From Octopus sinensis (lineage: Eukaryota): DNA of 64,000 bases. This document shows positions 50,101-62,800 of the stretch, in pieces; position 1 is the first letter of the stretch; every line of letters starts with the position of its first letter. A program made the position numbers and the translations under genes. Where the stretch lies: positions 5,084,001 to 5,148,000 of the forward strand of contig NC_043008.1 of assembly GCF_006345805.1 (NCBI RefSeq), in the 5' to 3' direction. The notes under the pieces are model-generated. The model worked only from the letters and a program-made list of their open reading frames with translations. It made no database searches and had not been told where the DNA came from.

Positions 50101-53100
50101 CAATATCAAAGGAAGGCTAACTGGGAAGACAGTTTTTGTGTGTGGCAAATGCTCAAGGGTAATAAACACTGAAAATGTGCAGTAAACAGCTTCTGTCACA
50201 TTCCAGGGGAAAAAACTAAAGTAGTTGATAGCTTCCTAGGTGACCAAGTCAGTACTAGTGGGTGGATGCTCTGAGTGTAGCTGCTAGAATAAGAATAGCC
50301 TGGGCAAAGTTCAGAGAGCTCCTACTTCTGCTGGTGACAAAGGGCCTCTCACTAAGAGTATAAGGTAGACTATGATGCATGTGTGCGAACAGCCATGCTA
50401 CATGGCAGTGAAACATGGGCCATGACTGCTGAGGACATGCGTAAGCTTGCAAGGAATGAAACCAGTATGCTCTGCTGGATATGTAATGTCAGTGTGCTTA
50501 CTCGACAGAGTGTAAGTACCTTGAGAGAAAAGTTGGACTTAAGAAGCATCAGATGTGGTGTGCAAGAGAGACGACTGTGCTGGTAAGGTCATGTGTTGTG
50601 TATGGATGAGGATAGCTGTGTGAAGAAATGTCACACCCTAACAGTAGAGGAAGCCTGTGGAAGAGGTAGACCCAGAAAGACCTGGGATGAGGTGTTGAAG
50701 AGGACCTTTGAATGTTGGGCCTCACAGAGGCAATGACTAGTGACTGAGACCTTTGGAAATATGCTGTGCTTGAGAAGACCTGGCAAGCCAAGTGAAACCA
50801 TAACCATGGCCTATGCCAATGCAGCACAACCGGTTCTTTTAAGAGTAGCCTTCAATCATCGGGCAATAAACTGCGCTTGCAAAGACCTGTTGAGGCAAGT
50901 GAAGTCGTTGTCGTAGCTGATGACAGTACCGCTTGATTGGCATCCATGTCAGTGACATGTAAAATGCACCATTCAAGCTTGGCCGATGCCAGTATCGCCT
51001 GACTGGCCCACGTGTCGGTGGTACGTAAAATGTACCCACTACACTCTCAGAGTGGTTGGCATTAGGAAGGGCATCCAGCTGTAGAAACATTGCCAGATTG
51101 GATTGGAGCCTGGTGCAGCCTTCTAGCTTGCCAGCCCTCAGTCAAACAATCCAACCCATGCCAGCATGGAGAGTGGACATTAAACGATGATGATGACGAC
51201 CAGTACTTGTGAGGCTTGCAAGATCGAAAAAGATCAGGGAGAGAAGAATGAAAAAGTCCCCACTCCTAAATAATATTTGAGAGGGGAAGGTGGCTTTATG
51301 CCAGATGTTGAAAGGGGCACAAGTAAAGGTGTGTTGCTGTAGAGGAGATACATGGTTACCTGCTATTATATACAGAGGTGGATGGGAGTTGCTAATGGTA
51401 GCAGGGTTTGGTTTGAGTGAAATATGTTGGCTATTTCTAGCAAGTTGTGTGACTACTTAAAAGCTGTTTCCCCTCTCTGACTTGTCTATGTGAACAGTAG
51501 TCCATTGAGAAAGTGATTATTAAATGGATGGAAAAAAGAAATGAATGCCTACCCTGAACTACCAGTTTATCAAAGATTTCAAGTGTGATCAGATCAAGTG
51601 AACATTATTATTGTTGGGTCCCAAATCTATCTTGTTCAAGTACAACAGCGATCAAAGGGGTTCCAGCTGTTGCCATATTACCTTCTTTTTTTTTTGTAAG
51701 TCACAGTGTAGCTAGGACTACACTGTATAGTGTGTGCTTCTTTGGTGTTATTAGTTTTGTTCCTTATCAGGTCAGTTCTGATCCTGCAGACCTATAAGTA
51801 AAGGCATTCCATTAGTGACCATTCCATCTTTTATTATTTAAATGTAACTACATTATATTATGTGTTCTTCCTATTTTAAAATAGTTGTCAGAAGGAGATT
51901 TGGCTACTATCTCTAGTTGATTGACTAACCGCATGTAGGCTTCCTTGTATTCTAAAGAAATTATATCTTAGTTGGAAGAGCATCAAACAACCTGACAGTC
52001 ATAGGTATGAAGCAAGATTGTACTCAACGATGTTATGTTTAAATTGTTGTCCGTAGTTGAGACCATCAAATGTATGACTATAAGCCATTATGTGTTTTAT
52101 TTTGTTACCTGTTTCAGTGGTAGGACTATAGTCATAGCCTTAAAAACCTGTTGTCAGTCTATCGACTCTTGTTCTATATATTATTTTTTTTTTGAAGTCT
52201 GCTACTTATTCTATCCGTCTTTTACCAAACCATTACATGAACCAACATTGGTTATGAAGCAGTGCTGGGGCACAAACACAATGTACATACATGACAGGCT
52301 GCCATAGAATGTGTTTCAGATTCACTCACACGTAAATGACACTTAAGCAATGTGCCACATGGCTGCTAAGCAAACTTGTTAACCACACAGCCATATTGAA
52401 ATAGTTCTTTGCTAACTGACAGTTTCATTTTTATTACAAAGTCATTTATCTATTTTTACTATCAGACAATTGCGGAAATGGATCATGAACAAAAAACAAC
52501 AGAATCTTGATTTGAAGACTGGGATCCTTGGACCAGTTCCAAATGGTAACACTGTCGCAAATGTAACGATTCCAGTCACTGGCAACTGCCGCCAGTTGAC
52601 AGATAAGCAGAGGTTAAAGCAACAACAGCTCTACAACCAAAAGCTCTTCAATGACTTTCAGGAATACCAGAAAATGAGAGATGGAAAAATAAATACTGGC
52701 CAAAATTCAGCCACTAATAGTGGTGGCAGTAAGCTGATGCCTGGCAATGGAGACCACAGCCACTTGGCCACAGAAATGGTCAACCCTAAATACCAAAGGA
52801 AACCGATTCAACAAACAGCCTCACCAAAACAACATTATAAGAAAATACTTGTAAGTGCAGCTTCATTGTTTTTGATATTATATTGTTGTCATCATCCTGT
52901 TGTTGTTGTTGTCGTCTTGCATCTGTTTTTGCCATGCTTCAAATAATCTCTAATCAAGCAGAGCTAAGATCAGAGGCATTCCAGCCATGATTATCATGTC
53001 TTTTAGCCAGACGTTGATTGAGTTTGTCTTTGGACGATGTCTCACATGTACTGGAACTTAGTCGTTATAATCTGTTGCTTAGTTTAATAGCATTGCCTGA

Positions 53101-56100
53101 TCCTTGGGTTGTTTTAGCAGTCTACTCTGTTGCAAGCATTCGGGCCATGTATCTCGTTTGAGGACACCACCTTACCACCTTCCATCCGACCAGCCTCAGA
53201 AGACTTGTAAAAGATCCTGTGTACTTCCTTTCCTTACTAAACAATAGAAGGCAATGTACAAGCCATACAACACATGTTATATGATGGAGGTGGCTTTGTG
53301 CCAGGTGAAGAGAAGTTAGGGTATGAACAGCTAGTCCACATTACTTCAGAAGAGGCCTAGGGCTGGTACCCTGGTTTCTCTGCTGTATATACATTCCTCC
53401 CTGGACGAGATGTCAGTCCATTGCAGGATTAATCGTTTTTACCAGATGAGTGGACTGGAACCGCATGAAATGAAGTGTTTGGTTCAAGAACACCCAGTCC
53501 AGGAATTGAAACCACACTCTTATGACCATGAGCCTGACACCCTAACCACTAAGCCATGTAGCTCCTCTAGAGTATGAATAGAAGGCTAGAGATAGGCATG
53601 TTGTCATGGAGGAGATACATGGCTCTCTCTCAGCTGGAAAGAGAGAGATGGTGAAGATGTGATGTGGTGGTGGAGGAGTATAGCCAAGTTACAGGGACAT
53701 CTATCGGGTGAGTGGGCACAGGCAGAAGGAGGAGCGGGTGTTAAGGGGATATGTTGTGAGGAAGAGACTCAAAAGGAACATGGTGTGCATGTAGGTTTGC
53801 AAGGGAGAGTGAGAGGTAAAAAGGAATGGAATACAGTGAGTGAACTCAGGTGGAGCAAGGGGTGAGATGTTGGAAAGGTGGGATGTGAGGGGGAGGTTTT
53901 CAAAGGTATCAATATAAAGGCCTTTATTGTCTTGATTTTACTCATTTGACAGGTTTTCGCAAGCACAGCAAATTGCCAATTGACCTCTGTGATATTCAAA
54001 ATCTGAAGAGCATTTTTCAGGACTTCATCCTATTTCTTCCTAGGACTTCCCCTTCTTCTGGTTCCCTCCACATTTAGAGAATGGCACTTCTTTATGCAGC
54101 TGTATTTATTCATATGCATCACATCACCGAACCATCACAGTTTCTCTCTTGCACATTCCAAAACGATGCCTCTTATACCTTCTCTTACCTCTTAAATTCT
54201 TTACACACTGTCGTACATGCATGCTGATATTATCCATCCAGAAAAGCATGCTGGCTTCATTTCTATCAAGCTTTCTTGTGTCCTCTGCATTGATAGCCCA
54301 TATTTCACTACCATGTCACATAGCTGTTCATACACAGGCATTATACAATCTGCCAAGGCCCTTTGTTATCAACAAAGGTAATAACTCTCTACCAACTATG
54401 CTTTCAGAACATCCTCCTTCTCTGCTAATTTGGTCACCTAGATAACAGAAACTGTCCATTACCATTAAGAATACCCCTGGGCATTTGAGAAAATCTATTT
54501 CTTGCATGTTCTTTGTGTTTATTGTTCTTGCATACCTGCTACAATCGAGGAATATTTTTTCTGTTAATCTTCCTGTGATTCCACTGCATTTATGTGTCCA
54601 TAGCTTGCACTGGGTGCACCTTATGAAATTTCTACTTACACCTTTTCAACATATCAAGCAGGGCCATTTCCTTGAAGGGATTAATTTGTCTGCTTTCTTG
54701 CTTTAGTACTTTAGTCTTTGCTAAATTAGCTCTAAGACCCTTTGATTTCATCCATGCTTCCACACATAAAATTTCTTCTCTAATTGTAGTAAAGATTCAG
54801 CTAAAAAACAAGGTCATCAACATAGAGGAACTCTCATGGGCAACCAGTTTTAAATTTCTTTGTTATTGCCTGGAGGGCTATGATAAACATAAGGCTCAAA
54901 GAATCAATCCTTAGTGAACTCCTTCCTGCATGCTATATTCATTGACTTTCACCTTGCTGACTGCATCCCTGTAAATGCTTCGATGGCTTTCACCAGGCGC
55001 TCATCTACCACTAGCTTCTGCAGCAACCACCAAACAAGGGAGCGAGAAACCTTGACAAAGGCTTTCTGCAAGTCAGTAAATGCCAAGTACAGCAGTATAG
55101 CTTTGGCCAAATGCTTCTGCTACAGTTTCCTTACTAGGATGGTAGCATCAGTAGTGCTTCTGCCAGGCACAAAACCAGACTGCATCTCATCTAGGTTAAC
55201 TTTCTTCCCTCAGTGACATGTATTTATCGAACCCATGCTAGTATGGAAAAAATAAATATAAAACAAATGAAAAAAAAAAATATCATCACCTTTGTAATTT
55301 AATGTTTGTTTTCCATGTTGTCTTAAGCCGGATGGTTTGGCAGGACCTGGCAAGCTGCAAAGTTGTACCTAGTTTCAATGTCAGCTTTGGCATGGTTTCT
55401 ATGGCTGGATGCTCTTCCCAATGCCAACCACATTACAGTGTGTAATGGATGCTTTTTTCATGCCACCAGCACTAGCAAAGTTGCTAAGTAACTTTCAGGA
55501 CAGAAAAAGAATGGGGAACAGTTTAATCAAATTAAAAATAAATTTATTTTATTGACAAAGATTGACTCAAGTTACTTTCCTAAGTATTTACTTTCTGTTT
55601 TAATAATTATCTCATTTTTGCTATTTCTGATGACCTTTTTTTCTGTTTCAGACTCGAGACAAAGATGAAGGTAAGTCTCATTTTTGGGTGATTTTCTTTC
55701 AATACCTTTTATAATGTTGTGCTTCTGTCAGTCCGGTCCTTGTCAACTACATGTTCAATCAGACACCCACATAGACACACAAGCTAGCACATCATCATCA
55801 CTGTTTAACATCCACATTCCATGCTGGCATGGGTTGGACGATTTTGACTGAGGGCTGGCAAACCAGATGGCTGCACCAGGCTCCAATCTGATCTGGCAGA
55901 GTTCCTACAGCTGGATGCCCTTCCAAATGCCAATCACTCCGAGAGTGTAGTGGGTGCTTTCACACACTACAATATTATTAAGTAGAAACACTACAATACA
56001 CTATTAGATAGAAACACTAACACAAGGTGGCAAGCTGTCAGAAACGTTAGCTGAGTGAAATGCTGAGCGGTATGTCGCCTGTCGCTATGTTCTGAGTTCA

Positions 56101-57623
56101 AATTCCGCCAAGGTTGACTCTGCCTTTCATCCTTTCGAGGTCAATATATTAAGTACCAGTTACGCACTGGGGTCGATGTAATCAACTTAATCCCTTTGTC
56201 TGTCCTTGTTTGTGCCCTCTATGTTTAACCCCTTGTGGGCAATAAAGAAATAAGAAACACTAACACACTACAGTGCTATTAAGTAGAAACTACTATTTTA
56301 AGTATAAAATGATATATGTTAGAATCACCAATTTGTGAACAAAAAGGGCAGTGGGTTTACTGTTAGGACTCTGTCTGTATACCTACTGATTGTGGGGTGA
56401 CTGCATTACAAAGAGTCCGTTTCTCTTTTCTGTTTCAAGTTGGTGCTCAAAATGCTGTAATATCAGTTATATAAAAGCTTTATGCCTCTCAATGTCTATA
56501 GGCAAATATAAAACATAAATAACACTTCCAATCCTGTCTAGTCTTAGGTTAGCGATCACATACTGCTTGAGGAATACAGTGTCACCTTGCTCACTCTGGT
56601 TTCAGCGATCAGTACAATTTCTGACTCTATCAAAGCACAGGAGTGGCTATGTCGTAAGGAGTTTGCTTTCCAAACACATGGTTAGGGTTCAATCCCACTG
56701 CATGGCATCTTGCCTTGACATCATGTGATACTTGTAAATGAACGTCACTGTCATGCAAGCAACATCATCATGTCATCATTTGACGTCCATTTTCCATGCT
56801 GGCATGCATTGGACAGCTTGACAGGAGCTGGCAAGGCCGAGGACCACACCAGGTGACATAGACTGTGTTTGGCTTGGCTTCTACAACTTCCTAACACCAC
56901 ACTCTTTACAGAGTGTACTAGGTACTTTTTTATGGGGCACCAGCATCAGTGCTTTTTGCATGGCTTTCATTTCCAATATTTTGCGGAAACATCTGGCTAT
57001 GGGGAAATATTACCTGAGAAGCAGGTCAGTGTTGGTGACAAGAAGGGCATCAGGTTGTAGAAAATTTGCTTCAGCAAATTCCATCTGTCCCATGCAAGTA
57101 TGGAAAAGTAGACATTAAAACAAGGATAATCAACACATTAGATTTAAAAAAACAAAACAATATTCAATGAATGCTAACCTGTAGCTACAACCAACCAAAG
57201 AAAGACCATGCGATTGATTGCCATGAAATCATTCACAAATACACTTCTACCTGTGACCTATAGATATGCTTCTATCTTTTTTACTACAGCTATATCAGAT
57301 CACTTATAAACATACTCCAAAGTTTGATCTACAATCCTGCTTTGCCCTCTCTTTATCTTTTCTACTGCTGTTAGATGGGTCCCTGTCAACTCATCATCTT
57401 TCTTCAAGCTAGTGTTTACATTTTTCTCTTTTTTTTCTTGTTTTTAAATTTTTATTTTATTTTGGAACAAAAGTGGAAAACTGATTTGGTAAATATTTTT
57501 AAATATTTTCCCATTTTTCTTTTTGTTATTTTAATTTCAGGGTACAGCTTGTCAGAGATCACATTAACAAAAGCTCATTCTTGGACCAATTTCAAACTAA
57601 ATTTTGATGCTTTATGGACATGA
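34793..57623 (+). CDS. DCP2: mRNA-decapping enzyme 2 (Nudix), 405 aa; join 34793-34878, 37502-37653, 39739-39866, 43742-43840, 45694-45846, 47369-47481, 52466-52850, 55652-55670, 57541-57623
   Basis: Box A ([14 protein letters not shown]...[14 protein letters not shown]), Nudix box [22 protein letters not shown] and C-terminal WTNFKLNFD motif. 1218 nt with all phases consistent. Confidence 0.96.
35052..35415 (-). mobile_element. tRNA-headed SINE family C (CORE-like ACCTTGGGCAAGT); other copies near 9170, 36625, 43040, 47520, 56640
   Basis: GGAGTGGCTGTGTGGTAAG head, GTTC...CCCACTG B-box-like motif, recurrent copies. Confidence 0.8.
35416..36110. repeat. (TA)n/(TG)n compound microsatellite in DCP2 intron 1
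   Basis: Direct reading. Confidence 0.95.
37502..37653 (+). CDS. DCP2: DCP2 exon 2 (Box A)
   Basis: [51 protein letters not shown], followed by GTATCCTTT. Confidence 0.95.
37804..38040. mobile_element. Foldback element: 103-bp inverted arms, 31-nt loop, adjoining (TA)n
   Basis: Arms 37804-37906 and 37938-38040 differ at 4 positions by eye. Confidence 0.8.
38318..38548 (+). mobile_element. Full-length tRNA-derived SINE (family B) with 17-bp TSD
   Basis: B-box GAGTTCAAATTCC, central CTTTGCCTTTCATC domain; TSD TAAGATGTTAGT(G/A)TGAA. Confidence 0.9.
38885..39595 (-). mobile_element. RTE-group LINE 3' fragment (third family) inside the DCP2 U12 intron
   Basis: [35 protein letters not shown]. 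Confidence 0.85.
39739..39866 (+). CDS. DCP2: DCP2 exon 3
   Basis: IFRHCPFL...[22 protein letters not shown], donor GTGAGT. Confidence 0.95.
40812..41000. repeat. 50-bp inverted repeat (1 mismatch), 89-nt spacer
   Basis: Arms 40812-40861 and 40951-41000. Confidence 0.92.
41026..41724 (+). repeat. Head-to-tail tetramer of 5'-truncated SINE family B
   Basis: Four units of about 170-185 bp, each ending AAAGAAA(T/C)A. Confidence 0.9.
43742..43840 (+). CDS. DCP2: DCP2 exon 4 (first half of Nudix box)
   Basis: [33 protein letters not shown], donor GTAAGT. Confidence 0.96.
45694..45846 (+). CDS. DCP2: DCP2 exon 5
   Basis: [12 protein letters not shown]...[22 protein letters not shown], donor GTAAGT. 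Confidence 0.96.
47369..47481 (+). CDS. DCP2: DCP2 exon 6
   Basis: [37 protein letters not shown] + AA, donor GTATGT. Confidence 0.94.
48872..49099. mobile_element. 228-bp MITE with perfect 28-bp TIRs and 6-bp TSD (AGGACT)
   Basis: GGGCGATCTTACGGTACAAGTACCATAA and its exact reverse complement; AGGACT on both sides; nested in a LINE 3' UTR repeat. Confidence 0.93.
49205..51198 (+). mobile_element. Second copy of the PHD-containing RTE LINE, RT through 3' UTR and (GAT)n tail
   Basis: Same motifs as 17183-19650 ([31 protein letters not shown]), continuing into the common dispersed repeat that ends GATGATGATGAC. Confidence 0.9.
52466..52850 (+). CDS. DCP2: DCP2 exon 7 (Box B end and disordered tail)
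   Basis: [13 protein letters not shown]...QHYKKIL. Acceptor CTATCAG, donor GTAAGT. Confidence 0.9.
54075..55215 (-). mobile_element. Third, more decayed copy of the PHD-containing RTE LINE
   Basis: Reverse-strand remnants QSGFVPG, D..KAF, KLWTH.C..G.TGRLTEK, HGSEIWA. Confidence 0.75.
55652..55670 (+). CDS. DCP2: DCP2 exon 8, 19-nt micro-exon (TRDKDE+G)
   Basis: Strong polypyrimidine acceptor TTTTTTTCTGTTTCAG and donor G|GTAAGT. Supplies the phase 0 to phase 1 shift needed for the last exon. Confidence 0.75.
56025..56252 (+). mobile_element. Full-length SINE family B with perfect 15-bp TSD
   Basis: AGAAACACTAACACA on both sides. Confidence 0.9.
57541..57623 (+). CDS. DCP2: DCP2 terminal coding exon
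   Basis: Acceptor TTAATTTCAG. Encodes [27 protein letters not shown] then TGA, resembling the Phe-rich metazoan DCP2 C-terminus. Confidence 0.85.
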
Positions 57624-58782
57624 AATTTGCTGCTCTTAAAGACTTTCTTTTAGTTAGCTCTGGTTTAAAAAATGGAAGGGATGAAAAAGAATGATTATAT
57701 ATATACAAGTAAAGAAATGAAACATCTGAGAAGTTTGCCTGCAACATCACAATTGTAACAGTGCTGGCATTTAGAATGGCAAGAATTCTTTGGAATTGGA
57801 ATTAGGAAGAAAAGAAAACAAGACAGGTTTGCTGGAAAAGGTTACCATATTATGTCACTCATTTGTAATAAGATTGGCTGTGTTCATCCAGTTAAAATTT
57901 AATTTTTCTGATTGAATAGAATTCAAGAGAGAACACTGTATTGAGAGTTCTGCAGTCTGGCCGCTGTGTATTGGAGGTTTTGATTTGGAAACATTTTACC
58001 AGCATCATGTGTTTTTGTCGTCAAAATAAGTTCCATCCAGCCAACAATTTTAAAGTCTCTTCATAAATTTTATTAATTTAAACAAGAAACAACAAAAACA
58101 ACAATTTATATATTATAAATGTTTATTCCAAATCTATGTTAATATTTTTTTTTGTCTAAATACCTCAAATATTATTTTTAAATAATATATTTCTATTGTT
58201 TTCTACAATTTGTTAAAACTTGACTGTTTGTCAGTAGAATACCATATATACCTCAGTTATTCAATAGGCTTATACATACACATATGTATGCATGTATGTA
58301 TTTGTTTAAGCCTGTTGAATATATATATACATACAATGCATACACATGTGTGTTTATATAATATATATATATTGTGTGTGTGTAATGTAAAATATATATT
58401 CTCATGAGTGCACATGCTTGCATATACACACTCATGCGTACAACAGTTAAGGTTTTGCCTGGTAGAACACACACAGTAGAATGTCTGGTAGAATTAAATG
58501 AAGGAATGCCAGAGGATGGTATATTTAACATATTTTGTATCAGTACCGTGTACTCTTCATGTCATCTTGCCAAACTCAAAACTAAAATTGTGTTCCATAG
58601 ATATTGGTATGGGATTGGTTCATTCTTAGACAGAACAAGAGATTATTTTAGTTGTTGGAGGCTTTTTAGAAATTATCTTTGTTGTTTATTAGGATGGCTT
58701 TCGCACTGTTGACGACAGGTCATGTTGGTAGGTTTCTGTGTGTGTGTGTGTGTTCAGTTGATTTGTAAACTGCCATATTACA

Positions 58783-58815
<33 letters not shown>

Positions 58816-58863
58816 ATATCAATATAATATACATGATATCAAATGATATAATATATGTGTATT

Positions 58864-58896
<33 letters not shown>

Positions 58897-59821
58897 ATAT
58901 AATGTACTGTAATGGTTACTCTTATTAATTTCAATATATGAGTGTTTGAAGGAAAGGATTAGGAAAAAATGCAAAGGGATCGAAAATAAAAGAAGCTGCA
59001 TCTGTTTGCGATGGATGTGTGAATATAATTTGAGTTCAGGGATGGATTTTGCTCTGAAGTCACAAGGGGAGGGGGGGCAGTGATGATTTTAATTTTGTCC
59101 TATATATGTATACGCACACACACACACACACATCTCATTATGTTTGCTATAGACTGAATCACACAGCCACACATTCACATTTTTATGTCTATTGAAATTT
59201 ATTTTAAACTGATTTTATTTCAATTTTCAAATTCAGGGTATTCATTTTTCATTGTTAAATTTTCACTCCATCCTCCACCTGGTCTCATAGTCTTTCCGTT
59301 TATTAATTTTTTGTAGACATATTTTCTAAATACATCGAAAGACAATCTTCTGAATTTCAAAGTTCATTTGTACTCATTATTTTAGAGATGTGTGAGGGAA
59401 TAAGAGCAGTTTGTTCTTAGTCTTGATCTATTGTGAGATACGGCTGGACTGACTCTCTTCACTCACTCTGAAGACAAAACCTTCATTGCTAACCTAGTCA
59501 CCCATCATACATTACAAGAAACTTTCATTTCATATTTCTCCTTCTCTGTATGTGGGTGTAAATGTGACAGCTGGTGCTTGAGTTCTGGAAGTTTTGTTGT
59601 TTTCACAATTGATGTGGGATAGATTTTCATGTCATTCATAATTCCAAAAAAGACTTTCAGCTTTTTGTAGATTTTGTTTCCAACATTTCTGTAACTTCCA
59701 CAATATACACAAGAAGAAGGTCTATACCTAGCTCATTGCAATTTACTCAAAATATCAATGTATGCAAAGGATGTGTGTGTGTGCGCTTTTATAATGACGG
59801 TTCTAGTTGGCCAGATCTTAA

Positions 59822-62800
59822 CTAAGTTGTTACCCATCGCTATGCTGCTGGTAAAAATATCTGTTAATTATGCACGTACATTCATAAATTGTTCAAATGA
59901 TGTTTAAATTGACCTTCTCGTGAAGATTAATAACAGTTTGAGCAATAACATTTATTTTAAATACTTGAACAATAACATTTATTTTAAATACTTGAGCAAT
60001 ATTTCAATATAAACAACATTCCTCGTTAAATTTCTTTTTCTATCATTTTGTCTCTTCTTGGTTGTGCTGCCGAATTCTGTTTGGTCTGCATATATACATT
60101 GGTTTTCAGGGTCTCCTACTGCTGTTAGCAACATAAAAGTGTCCATGTATGAATACTAGATCAGATAGATATAGTCCACATCTTTCTAAACTTTGTCCTG
60201 ACTCTTATTAAGTGACATGAGAAAATTGCAATCTTTGTAGAGTGAATGGTAAGTCTGTTTCAGAGGGCCAAAGAGGAATTCAAGAAAACGTCAGCACTGT
60301 TCCAGTATCAACACTGTTGACTTGTCCTCAAAGTCAGTAAAGTGTCAGTAGTGTTGAGTACCATGTAATGAGTACTATTGCAGTGGCCTTGAGCATGATC
60401 TATTGGGTTGGCCAAAAAGTCTGTTCGTTTTTAGGTGAAAATCAAGACAAATTAAACAATTGTGAAAAATGTATTTAATCAATACAATAGTTACCATTTG
60501 CTTCTATAACCTTTTGCCACCTGTTGGGTAGATCTTTAATCCCCTGTTCGAAGAATTTAGGTTCTTTATTAGCAAAAAAAGTTTCCAAGAAAGTTTTCCC
60601 GTCTTCATCAGAATTAAAATTTTTTCATTCAATGAATTTTGCAGTGTCCGAAACAGACGGAAATCCGATGGGGCCAGATCTGGAGAGTACGGAGGGTGAG
60701 GCAAAACTTCCCACTCAAGCTGCAGCAACTTCTGCTGAGTAATCAAAGCAGTGTGTGGCCTTGCGTTGTCAGGGTGGAAAACAACGCTTTTACGATTCAC
60801 CAGTTCTGGCCGTTTTTAATTTATCCAGTTGTTCAAAATAAACCTTTGAATTGATGGTTTTATTCAAAGGAAGAAGTTCAAAAAAGATAACACCCTTCCA
60901 ATCCCACCATATTGATAACAGAACTTTCTTTGGGTGAAGACCTGTTTTGGAGAATCCCCTGCTTTTTTCCATGATCTTCTTCATTTCACATTATTGTAAA
61001 CTACCCACTTTTCATCTCCAGTAACAATTCTTCTCAAAAAAGTGTTCGTTGTTTTCCCTTTTCCGTAGTGAATCGCAAATGGAAACCCTCTGGACAAGAT
61101 TTGCTTCTGTCAATTTATGGGGAACCCAAACATCAAGTTTAGAAATGGAACCAAGTTTATGCAATTCATTTTCCACACTTGTTTTGGATATGTTAAGAAT
61201 ATCTGTGATTTGTCTGGTCGTAAGACTGCAGTCTTATTTGACTACAGCTCTCAGTTGGTCAATGTCAATTTCTTTTCACCGGCCAGAGTGAGGTGCATCT
61301 CTTACTGAAAAATTCCCTGATCGAAATCAAGCAAACCATTTCTGGCACACCCGTTCTTAAACAGCATTCTCTCCATACACATTGCATAACTTTCGGCAAG
61401 TTTCTGTTGCTTTCTTTCCTTTTCTGAAGTAAAAAAGCATAAGATGCCGATAGTGCTCTGCCTGGTCTTCCATGTCTAGGCTCAAATGCAATCAAACAAG
61501 TTGCAATCTCTCTCCTTTGAGAGACTGATGGTCATTATACCGAATACAATTTCTAAAGAAAAAGACTATCGGAACAGTGATTAGAAGATCGGACAGTTGA
61601 TACTAAAAAAAAAACAGACTATTGGCCAACCCAATATTTTTTGTAATAACATTACTGGATCTCCAATCTTGATCTTGATTGTGTGAGTAGGATGAAGACA
61701 TCCACTGCTCATTTGTGTAGTACATTGGTAAATTGGCAAGAAAAATTCAAATAACTCTTCTTTGGAGCTGACTGTCATGGAAAATGAAATTATAATGACA
61801 TCCTTAAATAAGAGATCACCATCAAGTGTTGGGAATCCTTCCTTTGCTCAGTTCCAACAACCAATTTGCATGCTGATTTAGCCGATTATATGTATTAATA
61901 TTATTGTTATTCAGACAATTTAGAACTCTCATATTTGTCTATGGATGCAAGACGTTGCAATCACTCCAAAGTGAAGATCTTTTTATGCATGTGTTAATAA
62001 GCGAAAGTCAAGTGGCTTTCAGAATTACAGGAAGAATTTGTTGTAAATCTCCACCAAAGACCAATAATTTTCTTTCCATGAATTGCTTATTGTTCATGAG
62101 ATCCTGAAGTGTGCAATTTAAAGTTTCAAGATATCAGTGGCACATTGGGGCTTCATCCCTCACCAACAGCTGAGCATTGTATAGAAGGCACCTAGTTGTG
62201 TCATTAGGCAAAACATAACACATTGAAGTTGACATTGCTAGAATGTGGGACTTGAAGCAGGAATGAGCTGTGCAGCCGAGCTTTAGCAGTGTCACTGTCA
62301 TATAAAAGGAAGCTGTAGCAAGGGCATTTCCACTTTTTTTATGAACATAAGACAGCAGTAAATTTAACAAGAGAGTCTTACCTGTTCCTCCTGGAGCATC
62401 AATAAATAGCAAATTCCCTTCATTGTTGTCAATTTTTGTTTTCACTGTTTCAAAGACAATCCTCCGTTCATTGTTGAGCATGTCAGTGCGATCATGGTTG
62501 TAGGCTTCTGTTGAAGGATCTATTTTTTCTTGATTGACAGATGCAGTTGGTTTAGCGACAGGTAAATCATAATCATCTGTTAAATGGTAATACTGAATTA
62601 ATTGATGATTCAGCACACACAGCTGCTTCTGTTGCCTGCTTGGAAGTCATTGTTTCTCTTCTATAATGCAGAAAGTCTTCAGACAGATTATTACAGAACA
62701 TGTTGTATAATGTTAAAGGCTTAGATGGATAATGGAGGTGAAGAATTTATGCACATTTTCTATTCTTGGTCATTTTCAAGAAGATTCATAGCCTAACACA

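Noticed and set aside
59941-60006. 27-bp tandem duplication
   Set aside because: Simple slippage duplication in the Helitron 3' UTR with no further significance visible.
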